Assembly: GCF_002087085.1 (NCBI RefSeq)
Contig: NZ_MWQY01000002.1
Span: forward strand, 248,001-312,000
Reading direction: 5' to 3'
DNA: 64,000 nucleotides
The first letter of the stretch is position 1; each line of letters starts with the position of its first letter. Positions 1-10,800 of this stretch are shown here, one piece after another. Made by a program: the position numbers and the translations under genes. The notes beneath the pieces were generated by a model. The model was not told the DNA's origin. It ran no database searches and saw only the letters and a list, made by a program, of their open reading frames with translations.

Positions 1-759
1 GCGCAGATACCAGTCGTTTCCGAGAAGGCCGAGAGCCCGCTGTACCTCCGCGAGCCGCAGGGTGGAAAGATCCCCCCGGGGTCCGGCGTATCCTTCCTGA
101 AAAATCCCGGATTCCCCGTCGGTAAAGAGAACAAGGGCCGTATCAAGGTCCTTAAGGTCACAGTGGGCCATGAGGGCGCCAAAGTCGATGGACTCATCGT
201 CCGGATGGGCATGGATAAAGAGTATATCCGCCCTTTCTCCCGGCTCCTTACCGGACAAGGAACTGAGGTCGTCAGTTTCCGGCAGCAGAGCGGCGGTTTC
301 CACACCGGGCTGCGTCCCTGTTTCCCGGGGAACATGAAAATTGGCAAAAAATGCAGAAAGCCCGACGCTTATTCCAAGAACGAGAACGACAACTGCGGCA
401 GCGGGCTTCCAGGGGAATCCCGGCCCCGACAGGACCTCCTGATGCTCTTCGAAAAAGCCCGTAAAGCTGATCTTCAGCTTTCCATAGCGGAGAAAGGAGC
501 CCTGACTCAGTCTGCCTGAACGTCCTTCGACACCGGCAATCAGAATCCTCCTGCGGGAACTGACCCGGAGGCTTCCGCCTTCGGGGGCGAAGCAGAGTTC
601 ATCGGAGTACCGGGGACCTTTCCCCGGAACAGCGATAAAATGGCGCAGATCAATGTCGCTTTCATGGGAAAAACCGCAGCAGAATCTCTCGACAGGCAGA
701 TCGACTACATGCCAGACGCCATCGGGAGCATCCAGCCGTATACGAAGGTACCGACGCAT
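1..759 (-). CDS. PIG-L family deacetylase with N-terminal FHA-like region and a transmembrane helix (3' end outside window)
   Basis: Not in the ORF track because it runs off the edge. Manual translation from ATG 759 is open to base 1: MRRYLRIRLD...AAAVVVLVLGISVGLSAFF (TM)...ADILFIHAHPDDESIDFG...LFTDGE...RLAEVQRALGLLG. AHPDDE is the PIG-L/LmbE motif. Confidence 0.8.
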   Translation of the reverse strand, partial: MRRYLRIRLDAPDGVWHVVDLPVERFCCGFSHESDIDLRHFIAVPGKGPRYSDELCFAPEGGSLRVSSRRRILIAGVEGRSGRLSQGSFLRYGKLKISFTGFFEEHQEVLSGPGFPWKPAAAVVVLVLGISVGLSAFFANFHVPRETGTQPGVETAALLPETDDLSSLSGKEPGERADILFIHAHPDDESIDFGALMAHCDLKDLDTALVLFTDGESGIFQEGYAGPRGDLSTLRLAEVQRALGLLGNDWYLR

Positions 760-805
760 TATGGCTGAGGATCTCGTTGTGAACAGTTTCGGCAGCTGCA
801 TATAC

Positions 806-835
806 GAAAAATGCCGGGACCTTACGACCCCGGCA
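806..835 (-). terminator. Intrinsic terminator
   Basis: Minus strand TGCCGGGGTC-GTAA-GGTCCCGGCA followed by TTTTT, just after the 865..1503 gene. Confidence 0.65.
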
Positions 836-864
836 CTGTAACTATTCTTGGGAACAGTACAGAA

Positions 865-1503
865 TTACATGCCGAAACTGGCAGCCATTCCGTTGGTTCG
901 AAGGGCTATCCATTCGCCCTTCATGGGTTTGCCGTCTCCGATGTCAAAATAGACATAGTATCCGGGATACAGGTCACTGTAGATTCTCACCCGGCCGGTT
1001 AAACCGTTTACAACGATCCGCACAGGTACCTCGGTATCAAGGTTTTCCGCATTCAGCAGATAGGCGTATTTATTCAGATCGATGCTCTTGACCAGGTCCA
1101 TTCTGGTATGGCTGACACTGTGATACACCTGAGCGCTTAAACCTTTGGGTATATTGTCAGAAACAGGATCCGCATCATAGTTCAGCCATAACAGATAGGA
1201 TTTTCCGCTTCCCCAGGATTTGCGGGGATGAACAGAATCGGCAAAAACGTGTATGCCGAATCCACCGTGCAGGTCCTCTCCGCCTCCCTCGTAACGAACA
1301 TTGAAAGCGTAAACCATCGGCCCGGCCTGGGGGATTCTGATGTTTGCCTTCGCCAGTGGTTCATCCTCATCCATCTGGTAAAGACGGTCCCCCAAAAGCT
1401 TCCAATCTCCCTGGGCAAACTGATGTTCCGGCATGGGAAAATCCAGACCGAACATCGGGATCAGCAGTCCCAGGATTGCGAAAAGGGTTATAACCTTCTT
1501 CAT
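865..1503 (-). CDS. Secreted hypothetical protein, beta-rich (possibly concanavalin A-like fold)
   Basis: 212 aa, N-terminal signal peptide MKKVITLFAILGLLIPMFG, SD-like GAAGGTG upstream, terminator downstream. Confidence 0.7.
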   Translation of the reverse strand: MKKVITLFAILGLLIPMFGLDFPMPEHQFAQGDWKLLGDRLYQMDEDEPLAKANIRIPQAGPMVYAFNVRYEGGGEDLHGGFGIHVFADSVHPRKSWGSGKSYLLWLNYDADPVSDNIPKGLSAQVYHSVSHTRMDLVKSIDLNKYAYLLNAENLDTEVPVRIVVNGLTGRVRIYSDLYPGYYVYFDIGDGKPMKGEWIALRTNGMAASFGM

Positions 1504-1704
1504 AATGCTTCACCTTCCTCTCTATGTATTGAAGTATATTAATCAGACTTCTTCTATGGTAGGTCACTCCCCGGATGTCGTCAAGTTTTTTTTCCGCAAG
1601 TTCTTTCCATAAGAGGCGGAGATTCCCGCACAACTTGCCTCGAGGTACTCCCCTCCACTACTTTATACGTATAGAGAAAGATACTACACGCAAGGAGCGC
1701 GCTG

Positions 1705-2124
1705 ATGAAACAGACAATTTCCTGTGAGTGGAAGGGAGAGATGGCCTTTGAAAGCAGATTGGGAAATCACACGGTCCGTATGGACGCCGATGCCGAATCG
1801 GGAGGCAGCGACAGCGGGGTACGTCCCAAACCGCTTCTCCTGACAGCCCTGGCAGGCTGTTCCGGTATGGATGTGGCCGCCATGCTGTCGAAGATGAGAC
1901 AGCCTTTAAGCTTCTTTAACATGCAAGTCGATGCTGAGACCAGTGAAGAACATCCCAAAACCTATACCCGTATTGAGCTGGTCTATCAATTCAAAAAATC
2001 CGACGGGCTGGACGAGAGCAAGGTGGAAAAGGCGGTAAAACTGTCCCAGGAAAAATACTGCGGTGTTTCGGCGATGCTGAAGGAAGCATCCGACCTGTCC
2101 TTCAGGATTGAGTACCTGGACTAA
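1705..2124 (+). CDS. OsmC family protein (YhfA-like)
   Basis: G-x-R-P-x-x-LLLTALAGCSGMD and EKYCGVS motifs; AAGGAG SD. Confidence 0.9.
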   Translation: MKQTISCEWKGEMAFESRLGNHTVRMDADAESGGSDSGVRPKPLLLTALAGCSGMDVAAMLSKMRQPLSFFNMQVDAETSEEHPKTYTRIELVYQFKKSDGLDESKVEKAVKLSQEKYCGVSAMLKEASDLSFRIEYLD

Positions 2125-2142
2125 ACCCGGGTAAAAAACGTA

Positions 2143-2170
2143 CAGCCGTCCCCGATCAGGGGGACGGCTG
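2143..2170. terminator. Hairpin terminator between convergent osmC-like gene and hcp
   Basis: CAGCCGTCCCC ... GGGGACGGCTG, 11-bp arms. Confidence 0.8.
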
Positions 2171-2193
2171 CTTACGATACCGCTGAGCTTCTT

Positions 2194-3819
2194 TCAGGCG
2201 CCTGCCATCATGGCTTCCACATCGGCGGAAACCTCTCCAACGGGTTTTATGTCGAAGTTCTCCACCAGTACTTTGGCAACTCCGGGCGAAAGAAAGGCCG
2301 GGAGGGTCGGTCCGAGACGGATTCCCTTGACTCCGAGATGAAGCAGGGCCAGCAGAACCGCCACCGCCTTCTGTTCATACCAGGCCAGGTCGAAGGAGAT
2401 GGGCAGCTTGTTGATATCGTCGAGGCCGAAGACCTCCTTCAGTTTCAGGGCTATTACGGCCAGGCTGTAGGAATCGTTGCACTGTCCGGCATCCAGCACC
2501 CGGGGAATACCGCCGATATCGCCAAGGTTCAGCTTGTTGTAGCGGTACTTGGCGCATCCGGCGGTCAGTATAACCGCGTCCTGGGGCAGGGCTTCAGCCA
2601 CTTCGGTAAAGTAGCTCCGTTTCGGCTGACGGCCGTCACACCCAGCCATTACCACGAACCTCTTGATGGCGCCGCTCTTGACGGCTTCCACAACCTTATC
2701 CGCCAGGGCGATAACCTGCTTATGGGCAAAACCGCCGACGATTTCGCCTGTCTCGATCTCCGTGGGGGGATCACATTTCTTTGCAAGGGCTATGACCTCG
2801 CTGAAATCCTTCCGGGCTCTCCCTTCGGGTTCGGGCAGATGCTTTACTCCGGGGTACCCGGTTACACCGGTGGTAAAGATTCTATCCCTGTAGGCCTCCT
2901 TTACCGGTGTAATACAGTTGGTGGTCATGACGATGGGTCCGTTGAAGCTGGCGAACTCCTTGTCCTGCTTCCACCAGGAGCCTCCGTAGTTCCCCACAAA
3001 ATGGGAATACTTCTTGAAGGCAGGATAATAGTTGGCCGGGAGCATTTCGGAATGGGTATAGACATCCACACCGGTGCCCTCGGTCTGCTTTAAAAGATCA
3101 TCCATGTCCCTGAGGTCGTGTCCGGAGATAAGGATTCCAGGATTTTCCCCCACCCCGATGTTTACCTTTGTAATCTCCGGGGAACCGTAGGTTTCGGTGT
3201 TGGCCTTGTCCAGCAGGGCCATGGCGCTTACAGCGGTTTCTCCGGTCTTGAGGACGAGCTGGACCAGGTCATCGGCGCTCTTCTCTTCGAGACAGGCGTC
3301 CAGGGCTTCAAGTAAAAACCTGTAAATAGACGGATCCTCGAAGCCCAGACGTCCGGCGTGTTCGGTATAGGCGGCAATTCCCTTGCAGCCGTAGATGGTC
3401 AGCTCCTTGAGGGAGCGCACATCCTCGTTCTCCTCCGCGAGCACTCCCACCTGGGCGGCCTTGGCGGTCCACTGGTTTTCCGGAAGCGACCAGGTCGCTG
3501 CGTCTCCTTTAGAGGTCCCGCCGTTCTTTTTGACCAGCCGGTCCCGGAGGGAGAGGGTGTTTCTGATAGAACCCTTTAGTTTTTCATCGTCAAAGTTGGC
3601 ATTGGTGATGGTTGAAAAAAGCCCCAGGACGACCTGCCAGCCGGCACTCCTTATGCTCTCTTCATCTCCGGCCTCCATGGCGACCGCGGAAAGCCCTTTC
3701 AGGCTGTAGATCAGAAGATCCTGAACACCCGCGGTGTGGTCCTCCTTGCCGCAGACCCCTTTTACCGTGCATCCGGTATTCTTTGCTGCTTCCTGACACT
3801 GAAAACAGAACATTCCCAT
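2194..3819 (-). CDS. hcp: Hybrid cluster protein (hydroxylamine / NO reductase)
   Basis: N-terminal MFCFQCQE...GCT...[46 protein letters not shown]. Start placed at ATG 3819 behind AGGAGA. Confidence 0.97.
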   Translation of the reverse strand: MGMFCFQCQEAAKNTGCTVKGVCGKEDHTAGVQDLLIYSLKGLSAVAMEAGDEESIRSAGWQVVLGLFSTITNANFDDEKLKGSIRNTLSLRDRLVKKNGGTSKGDAATWSLPENQWTAKAAQVGVLAEENEDVRSLKELTIYGCKGIAAYTEHAGRLGFEDPSIYRFLLEALDACLEEKSADDLVQLVLKTGETAVSAMALLDKANTETYGSPEITKVNIGVGENPGILISGHDLRDMDDLLKQTEGTGVDVYTHSEMLPANYYPAFKKYSHFVGNYGGSWWKQDKEFASFNGPIVMTTNCITPVKEAYRDRIFTTGVTGYPGVKHLPEPEGRARKDFSEVIALAKKCDPPTEIETGEIVGGFAHKQVIALADKVVEAVKSGAIKRFVVMAGCDGRQPKRSYFTEVAEALPQDAVILTAGCAKYRYNKLNLGDIGGIPRVLDAGQCNDSYSLAVIALKLKEVFGLDDINKLPISFDLAWYEQKAVAVLLALLHLGVKGIRLGPTLPAFLSPGVAKVLVENFDIKPVGEVSADVEAMMAGA

Positions 3820-3914
3820 AGCTTTCTCCTTAATCAAATAATCTCTTCCCGGGGGACTGCAATCCCCCGGTTTTCTAATTCCTTTGCCAGTATGCGCTTG
3901 ATGCAGGAGAGTTT

Positions 3915-3932
3915 CTGTAATATATGTTACCG
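3915..3932. promoter_or_regulatory. Candidate HcpR (Crp/Fnr family) binding site
   Basis: ctGTAAT-atat-GTTACcg near-palindrome between divergent hcp and the Crp/Fnr gene; centred at -41.5 relative to a CATACT -10 (3889-3894, minus strand). Confidence 0.7.
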
Positions 3933-3933
3933 T

Positions 3934-4626
3934 ATGGCTGAAATTCCCGAAAGAGCATATCAGGACCTGGCGGCGTCATCCCTGTTTACCGGCTTCAGCG
4001 TAAAGGAGATCCGCAGTCTCTGCCTGGATGCCCGCTGTATTTTTACCGCCTATCACAAGGACGCCCTGGTTGCCTTCCGCGGCGACAGCTACGAGCGGCT
4101 CCTTCTTCTTACCCGGGGCACCCTTATTGCGGAAATTATCGATGAGAAAGGAACCAGTCTGAAAATGGAGAACCTCGTGGGACCGACCCCCGTTGCCACG
4201 GCGGTCCTGTTCTCCAGCGAGGCGGTCCTGCCGGTGCAGCTCCGGGCGGAAACAGACGCCGAGGTCGTAACAGTCTCCCGCCAGGGGGTGCTGGATATCT
4301 GCCGTCGGGATGAGCGCTTTCTGCGTAACTACCTGAAGGATGCGGGGGACAAGATCAGTTTTCTCGCGGAAAAGATACGGCTGCTGCGTTTTACGACCAT
4401 ACGGCAGAAGATAGCAGGTTACTTCCTCGACCTCTCCAACCGGCAGGGATCGGACCATCTGCAGCTGCCCTACAGCCTGGAGAGCCTGGCGGACGTATTC
4501 GGAGTCACAAGGCCGGCCCTTTCACGCTGTCTGTCACAGATGGTGGACCAGAACATCCTTAGCCGGGACGGACGGGATTACAGTATCGTCTCCCCTAGAG
4601 ACCTGAAGGAGCTGCTGGAGGAGTGA
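3934..4626 (+). CDS. hcpR: Crp/Fnr family transcriptional regulator, HcpR-like
   Basis: cNMP-like sensor domain plus C-terminal [19 protein letters not shown]; divergent from hcp; start re-placed at ATG 3934. Confidence 0.8.
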   Translation: MAEIPERAYQDLAASSLFTGFSVKEIRSLCLDARCIFTAYHKDALVAFRGDSYERLLLLTRGTLIAEIIDEKGTSLKMENLVGPTPVATAVLFSSEAVLPVQLRAETDAEVVTVSRQGVLDICRRDERFLRNYLKDAGDKISFLAEKIRLLRFTTIRQKIAGYFLDLSNRQGSDHLQLPYSLESLADVFGVTRPALSRCLSQMVDQNILSRDGRDYSIVSPRDLKELLEE

Positions 4627-5331
4627 TCAGTCGGATTTCTCTTCCCTCATACGGTATCCGATCCCCCTGACGGTCTCGATAAAGGCCCCGGACTCCTTCA
4701 GCTTTTTCCGGATATTCAGGATCTGAACATCCACGGAACGCTCGGTCACCGGATAATCATCACCCTTTATATTCGATATTATCTGGTTCCGGGAGTATAC
4801 CCAGCCGGGATTTCCCGCCAGAAAGAGCAGAATCTGGTATTCCGTCAGGCTCAGGTCAACAACTTCTCCGCCCCGTTCCACAAGATGGCGCCGGGGATCG
4901 ATGCTTATATCATGGATTGTAACTTTCCCGCCTGCTGCAGTCCCGGTATCACTGCCTGTGCGCCTGCGCAGGAGGGTCCGCACCCGGGCCACCAGCACCC
5001 TGGGACTGAAGGGTTTTGTCAGGTAGTCGTCGGCGCCGATTTCCAGGCCCAGAACGACATCGGAATCCTCATTCCTGGCCGTGACCATCAGAACAGGCAG
5101 GTCCCGTGTGGCCTCCTGCATACGCAGGTGCCTGCAAATATCGATACCGTTGGCTCCGGGAAGCATAAGATCCAGGATCAGCAGGTCGGGTATCCATCGT
5201 GCGACCTCTTTGATTACCTCGTTTCCCCGAAAAACACCATGAACCTGGAATCCTTCCTTTTCCAGATTAAACCGGATAAGTTCGAAAATCGGCTGTTCAT
5301 CCTCGACAACAAGGATTTTAGCTTTTTCCAT
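4627..5331 (-). CDS. OmpR/PhoB family response regulator
   Basis: REC domain (VVEDE, LDLMLPG, KPF) plus winged helix (ERSVDVQILNIRKKL, ETVRGIGY); no adjacent kinase. Confidence 0.92.
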   Translation of the reverse strand: MEKAKILVVEDEQPIFELIRFNLEKEGFQVHGVFRGNEVIKEVARWIPDLLILDLMLPGANGIDICRHLRMQEATRDLPVLMVTARNEDSDVVLGLEIGADDYLTKPFSPRVLVARVRTLLRRRTGSDTGTAAGGKVTIHDISIDPRRHLVERGGEVVDLSLTEYQILLFLAGNPGWVYSRNQIISNIKGDDYPVTERSVDVQILNIRKKLKESGAFIETVRGIGYRMREEKSD

Positions 5332-5471
5332 CCATTCCCCCCTGGCCCTTCAGGGATGGTACCACAGTTCCGGGGCCGGGAAAAGCTGCCAAAAACCCTG
5401 CCGGGGATTGATTTCTGCCTCAACGGGGCGTACACTGAAGATAGTAAAGACTATTGTTAAGAGAGGACTCC

Positions 5472-5855
5472 ATGACAGAAACCGCTCAGAATTACAGAAA
5501 ACGTATAGAGGCGCTCCCCGCTCATGACCGGAATGCCATAGATATAGCCGCAAAGCAGCTGGAAATGCTGCATGCCTCATTTTATACCGGAACAATGGAC
5601 CTCGACCTGAAACGAATGACAAAGGATGATGTGCTGAAAACCATAGACAGCCTGGAATCCATGGATGTGGATGCGATGCGTTCTTCCTGGATGTTCGAGC
5701 CTCCCTTTGACAGCCAGGACCCCGAAGGATGGCTCAAGCAGGCTAAACTGATCAGGATTACCTACCTCGTTGAGCAGTTCGAGCTGGTCTCCCGTCTCAG
5801 GGACGACGATCCCGAAGCCTGGGACGAGATCAATGAACTCTACTTTGACGATTGA
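5472..5855 (+). CDS. Hypothetical acidic helical protein
   Basis: 127 aa from ATG 5472 behind GAGAGG; fills the gap between genes. Confidence 0.7.
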   Translation: MTETAQNYRKRIEALPAHDRNAIDIAAKQLEMLHASFYTGTMDLDLKRMTKDDVLKTIDSLESMDVDAMRSSWMFEPPFDSQDPEGWLKQAKLIRITYLVEQFELVSRLRDDDPEAWDEINELYFDD

Positions 5856-5912
5856 CAGGGTATATCCCGGAAAAGCCTCTTTTTAAAAACCCATGAATGG
5901 CTCATACTGCCC

Positions 5913-6887
5913 TTGAGAATGAAAAACCCGATCATTCTGCTTTTCCCGCTTTTTCTACCGCTGTTTCTTCTGCCCTTGAAACTCCGGGCTGATGAACCGT
6001 CGTGGAAAGTCGGGCTGATCGGAGAATACGGTTTCGGCGAAAGCTCCTATGAGCTCCGGGTGGACGACGGGACCGAGTCGGTGCGGAGCCTCCTGGTTTT
6101 TCCCCTGGATACCCTCTACCTTGGACTGGAGGCGGAGCATGAGAATACATCCGGATCACGGCGGTATGCAGTAAAACTCCTTACCAACGTCGCAGCTCCG
6201 GGAGACAGAATGACCGATGAGGACTGGCTTGATTTACTCGATCCTGCTGAACCTGAATTCATCTTCACCGAGTCCAATCTGGATTACCGCTCCCTGGACC
6301 TGGCTCTTGAGGGGATCTGGGAAATCGGGGATTACCGGTTTTTCCGGCTCTTTTTCGGGGCCGGCTACCGTTTTCTGTGGATACATCAGCTGATTACCGA
6401 TTATCAGGGATTTCGTCTGCATGATGACGATGAAAACGGCAGCATAGACAGGAAAGAGATAATCCCCTACACCGACAAAGATGCCATCGACTACAGCATT
6501 ATTTACCACATAATCGATGCAGGGCTCCACGGAGAGACGGATCTCGGCAGACACTCCCGCGTCGCGATCTCCGCAGCCCCGTCCCTGGGAATGGCCTTCG
6601 ACCGGGACGATCATCTTCTCAGGAGCAAGCTCTCCACAGGCCGGGGATTCGGCTACGGCTTCGTGCTCCGCGGGAATATTGAGTTCCGCAGGCCCGGGAC
6701 GGGACGGACCGTTACTCCCTATCTGAGGATCTACGGCTCCTACAGGTGGTTCTTCTCTCCCGGGGTACAGCGGCAGTACTGGTACGACGATGCGGACAAA
6801 CCCGAAGGAACGGAATACGACGGTCTGGTGCATGATATGGAGCTCATCGATCCCCGCATGGGAATCAGCGCGGGACTGCGTTTTTAA
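5913..6887 (+). CDS. Omptin-family outer-membrane beta-barrel protease
   Basis: Signal peptide, amphipathic beta strands, MTDEDW and DRDDHLLR motifs matching the omptin D-x-D and D-x-H catalytic pairs, C-terminal ISAGLRF. Confidence 0.72.
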   Translation: MRMKNPIILLFPLFLPLFLLPLKLRADEPSWKVGLIGEYGFGESSYELRVDDGTESVRSLLVFPLDTLYLGLEAEHENTSGSRRYAVKLLTNVAAPGDRMTDEDWLDLLDPAEPEFIFTESNLDYRSLDLALEGIWEIGDYRFFRLFFGAGYRFLWIHQLITDYQGFRLHDDDENGSIDRKEIIPYTDKDAIDYSIIYHIIDAGLHGETDLGRHSRVAISAAPSLGMAFDRDDHLLRSKLSTGRGFGYGFVLRGNIEFRRPGTGRTVTPYLRIYGSYRWFFSPGVQRQYWYDDADKPEGTEYDGLVHDMELIDPRMGISAGLRF

Positions 6888-7843
6888 GCCTTCTGTTCAG
6901 GCATGATCCTGTTGCGCCCCGCCTCTTTGGCACGGTAGAGGTTATCGTCTGCAACCTGCACCAGCTGTGAGGTGCTCTCCCCGTTCTGCAGAGAGTTCAA
7001 CCCGCCGCTGATGGTAACTTTTACACCCTGCTTACCCCAGGTATGGGACTCAATCTTTGAACGGATACGCTCGGCAATCACGAGCCCGCCCTCGAGGGAC
7101 GTATTGGGGAGAATAAGAATAAACTCCTCCCCGCCGTAGCGGCCCGGTACATCCCCTTCGCGGATACCGGAACGAATAATCTCCGCCACATCCACCAGAA
7201 CCGTGTCTCCAAAGGGATGGCCATGGGTGTCATTCAGCTCTTTAAAATAGTCAAGGTCCAGCATGGCCACGGTAAGGGGATTATCGTAACGCCTGGCATT
7301 GGCCGCTTCGTGCTGGAGCCGATCCATGCAGTGGGAATGGTTATACAGGCCAGTCAGCCCGTCGGTTATGGCAAGCTGCTGCAGCAGGGCATTCTGCTTG
7401 CCGAGTTCATCCATATAATGGATTATCAAACGCCGGTTACGAACCAGTTCAATATGGTTACGCACCCGCACCAGGAGCTCTTCCGCGTTGAAGGGTTTCT
7501 GGATGTAGTCAGCAGCTCCCAGCTTGAAACCCTTGATAACATCTTCGGTTTCTGTCCGGGCGGAGAGGAATATAACCGGGATGTCCTTCATTTCAACGGA
7601 TTCCTTCATAAGCCTGCAGGCTTCAAATCCGTCCATTTCCGGCATCATGACATCCATCAGGACAAGATCCGGCTTGACCCTGGGAATCATCTCCAGAGCC
7701 TTTTTTCCATTGGAGGCGGGGGCAATCTTGAAACCTTCTTCCTTGAGGAGCTTGCCCAGGAACTGGATATTAGCCGGGACATCATCCACAATCATGATGG
7801 CCATCTCTTCCTGTTCCTGAATGGGCGTGAGGGTTTCAATCAC
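6884..7843 (-). CDS. Response regulator diguanylate cyclase (REC-GGDEF)
   Basis: REC (VDD, LMDVMMP, KPF), TDGLTGLYN, DLDYFK, RxxD I-site (REGD) and GGEEF. Confidence 0.93.
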   Translation of the reverse strand: MIETLTPIQEQEEMAIMIVDDVPANIQFLGKLLKEEGFKIAPASNGKKALEMIPRVKPDLVLMDVMMPEMDGFEACRLMKESVEMKDIPVIFLSARTETEDVIKGFKLGAADYIQKPFNAEELLVRVRNHIELVRNRRLIIHYMDELGKQNALLQQLAITDGLTGLYNHSHCMDRLQHEAANARRYDNPLTVAMLDLDYFKELNDTHGHPFGDTVLVDVAEIIRSGIREGDVPGRYGGEEFILILPNTSLEGGLVIAERIRSKIESHTWGKQGVKVTISGGLNSLQNGESTSQLVQVADDNLYRAKEAGRNRIMPEQKA

Positions 7844-10800
7844 AGTGATTCCTCTGATTCGTTATTGTCGACGTCCAGAATACGCGGAAAATCCGCCATT
7901 GCCTTCTCTATCCCCTCGATATCAACCGCGGAAGCTGCCAGATGCAGCCCTATACCCCAGCGGCGAAGATCCTCGGCACCGCGTTCTCCCGCAGTTGCGG
8001 CAACTCGCATCGCGAAATCCTCCAGATCTTCAGTATAATATGAATCGGTCAGATTTCGCCACTCCTCAAGGAATAGTTCACGAAATTCCGCGTAAACTCC
8101 AGGCTCAGCGTGCAATTCTGCGGAAAGAGCTTCTTTTTTATAGGATCCTGCCCCTTTATCGTCTACAACAGGGCTCTGCTGCAGATCCAGAGGCAGATAG
8201 CGTTTCAGCAGGTCCATAAACACCCTGTGCCGCAGGGGTTTAACCAGGACCTCCCGTATGCCGGCTTCCACGGCACGGGCCCGGGTTTCGGGAATAATGG
8301 ATGCGGTGAGTCCGATAATGGGCACCTCGTCTCCCAGCACCTCCTTTAGATCCTCCGCGATTTTCATACCGCTTTTTCCCGTCAGCCCCAGAGAGACGAT
8401 AAGCAAATCCGGTCTCTCTTCTCTGGCAAGATCGACTGCAGTACTGCTGTCGGTGGCACTGATGAGCCGAAGGTTCCTGGCCGCATCCAGGTACTTTTTC
8501 AGCAGCAGCAGATTATCCTCCACATCGTCAACCGCCAGGATCGTGGCATCCCTGAAGTACATATCCCGATGCTCTTCCCGGTACTGATCGTCCCCATCCG
8601 CGGCTTTTCCGTAAACCGGAACTTTCCGGAGTACAAGAGAGAACTCGCTCCCCGAACCTGTTTCACTCTTAAGAGAGATCCCCCCCCCCATTATCCGTGC
8701 AAGACGCTGGGAGATCGTGAGCCCCAGTCCGGTTCCTCCGTACTTGTTGGTATCCTGACTTCGGACCTGATGAAAGGCCTGGAAGATGGCCTCCTGCTCC
8801 TCCGCCGGAATTCCGGTGCCCGTATCCCTGACGGCGAACACGATGTCCGCAGTTTTCTTCCCGCTCTTCAGGAGGCGGGCATCCAGTTCCACCCTGCCTT
8901 TTTCGGTGAACTTTACGGAATTACCGACAAGATTAAACAGGATTTGACGGAGACGGATTCCGTCCAGGATAAGCCTGGGGGGAAAATCATCTTCAATGCT
9001 GAAACTGATGTCGAGCCCCTTCTTTTCGCTGCTGACGGAGAAGATATCCATAACCTCCCGCCCCAGTTCATGGATACTCACCGGGCCGGGATTGAGCTCC
9101 AGTTTTCCGGCATCGATCTTCGAAAGATCGAGGATGTCATTGATCAGGCCCAGCAACGCGGCACCGCTCTTTTGAATAATGGACAGATAGGAACGATGGT
9201 CCGGATCGCCGATCTCCCTGAGAAGGACCTCGGTAAAGCCGAGGATAGCGTTCATGGGGGTTCTGATTTCGTGACTCATGTTGGCGATAAAATGGCTTTT
9301 TGCCTGGTTCGCCTCCTCGGCCTGGTGCTTTGCATCCTTCAGACGAGCCTCGGCGAGCTTTCGCTGGGAGATATCCCTGATAATGATCTGCACAATCCCT
9401 GCCCGGGGATCCAGCAGGGAGGCGGATATCTCAGTGTCGATCTCCTCGCCCTGCTTGTTGAACAGTACCTGCTCCTTTCGCAGCTGAACCCCCTGCTGCA
9501 GCTTGCGGATCATCTGGTCGATGCTGCTCTTCCTGCGATAGAGAGCCAGGACATTGAGACTCTCCAGTTCCTCCTTCTGATACGCAAAGAGAGCCGCTGC
9601 GCTCTCGTTAACCTCCAGGATGTCTCCGGAGGCGTCGTGAATTACAATGGCGTCGTTGGAGTTCTGAAAAAGGGCCCGGTATTTTCGTTCACTGTTCTCG
9701 AGCCGGATATTCCGCTCCCGCTCTTCGGTAATGTCCTCGTAGAGACCCAGGACCGCGACAGCCTTTCCCGAAGCGTCGATAATCGGGATTTTGCTGGAAC
9801 GTACATAATGGACAAGTCCCCCCGACCTGGGCATCGGTTCCTGGATATTCATCTTGGGGGTACGGGAACGAAGGATCTTCTCGTCATCCCGGTAGAAGAA
9901 CTGGGCTACCTCCGCGGGAGAAAGCTGATCGTCAGTCTTTCCGATAATATCCTGCGGCGACTCATACCCGGTATCCTCGGCAAAGCGTTTGTTGCAGCCG
10001 AGATAGACCCCGGAGGAGTCTTTCCAGAAAACGCTCATGGGTATATTGTCCAAAATAAGGGAGAGCATCTGCCGGGACTGCTGCAGCTCCCGTGTCCGGG
10101 AATCGACCAGAGATTCCACCTCCGCCTCGCGGTTGATGCTGTTGAGTAGGTAAGAAAATGCCAGGAGGATAAAGATTATTCCAAAGGAAAGTACTATCTC
10201 CGGTAAATATAGACCGGCCCCGATAAGAATCCACCCGGCAGGCCCCTGATACCAGCTGTTCGCAGTTGCGGAAAGAACCTCGAATGCCACTGCAGTGAAG
10301 ATTATTCCAAGAACCGTCAAAATAAAGACGGAACGATACCGTCCCCTCAGAACCCGGGTCAGGCGCCGTTCCCGCATATAATTGAGGGCCATAACAAAGC
10401 CGTACACAACAACTGCGACGGAAGACAGGAACAATACAATCGGGACCAGAGTTCTGACAATACCGCCCCTGTTGAAAATGCCTCCTTCGTTCAGCGAGCC
10501 CAGTAAAACGACCAGGACAGCACTGTTCAGCAGCATTCCCTGCTGACGCATACTGAAAAACAGGGGGCCGAGGAGAACCAGAAATATGGGCATATAAAGA
10601 AGAAAGGGATCAAGAAAATAACGGTGTAAGACACCGAAAGTCAGAACGGATACAAGAAAAAGAAGAAAGATAATCCGCTGGGTGACGGAATCAAGCTTTC
10701 CCGCAGACCGGGGATCAAAAAAAGAAAGCAGCCACGGGGTCATAACAAGGGCCGCACCAAAAATACTGATAAACCAGAGAATGAAATATCCGCCGGGATT

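Noticed and set aside
8569..10149. 526-aa plus-strand ORF, and similar long antisense ORFs such as 2338..3093, 37609..38703, 44804..45838 and 60930..62126
   Set aside because: They lie opposite well-supported genes and show no recognisable motifs; typical shadow ORFs of GC-rich coding DNA.
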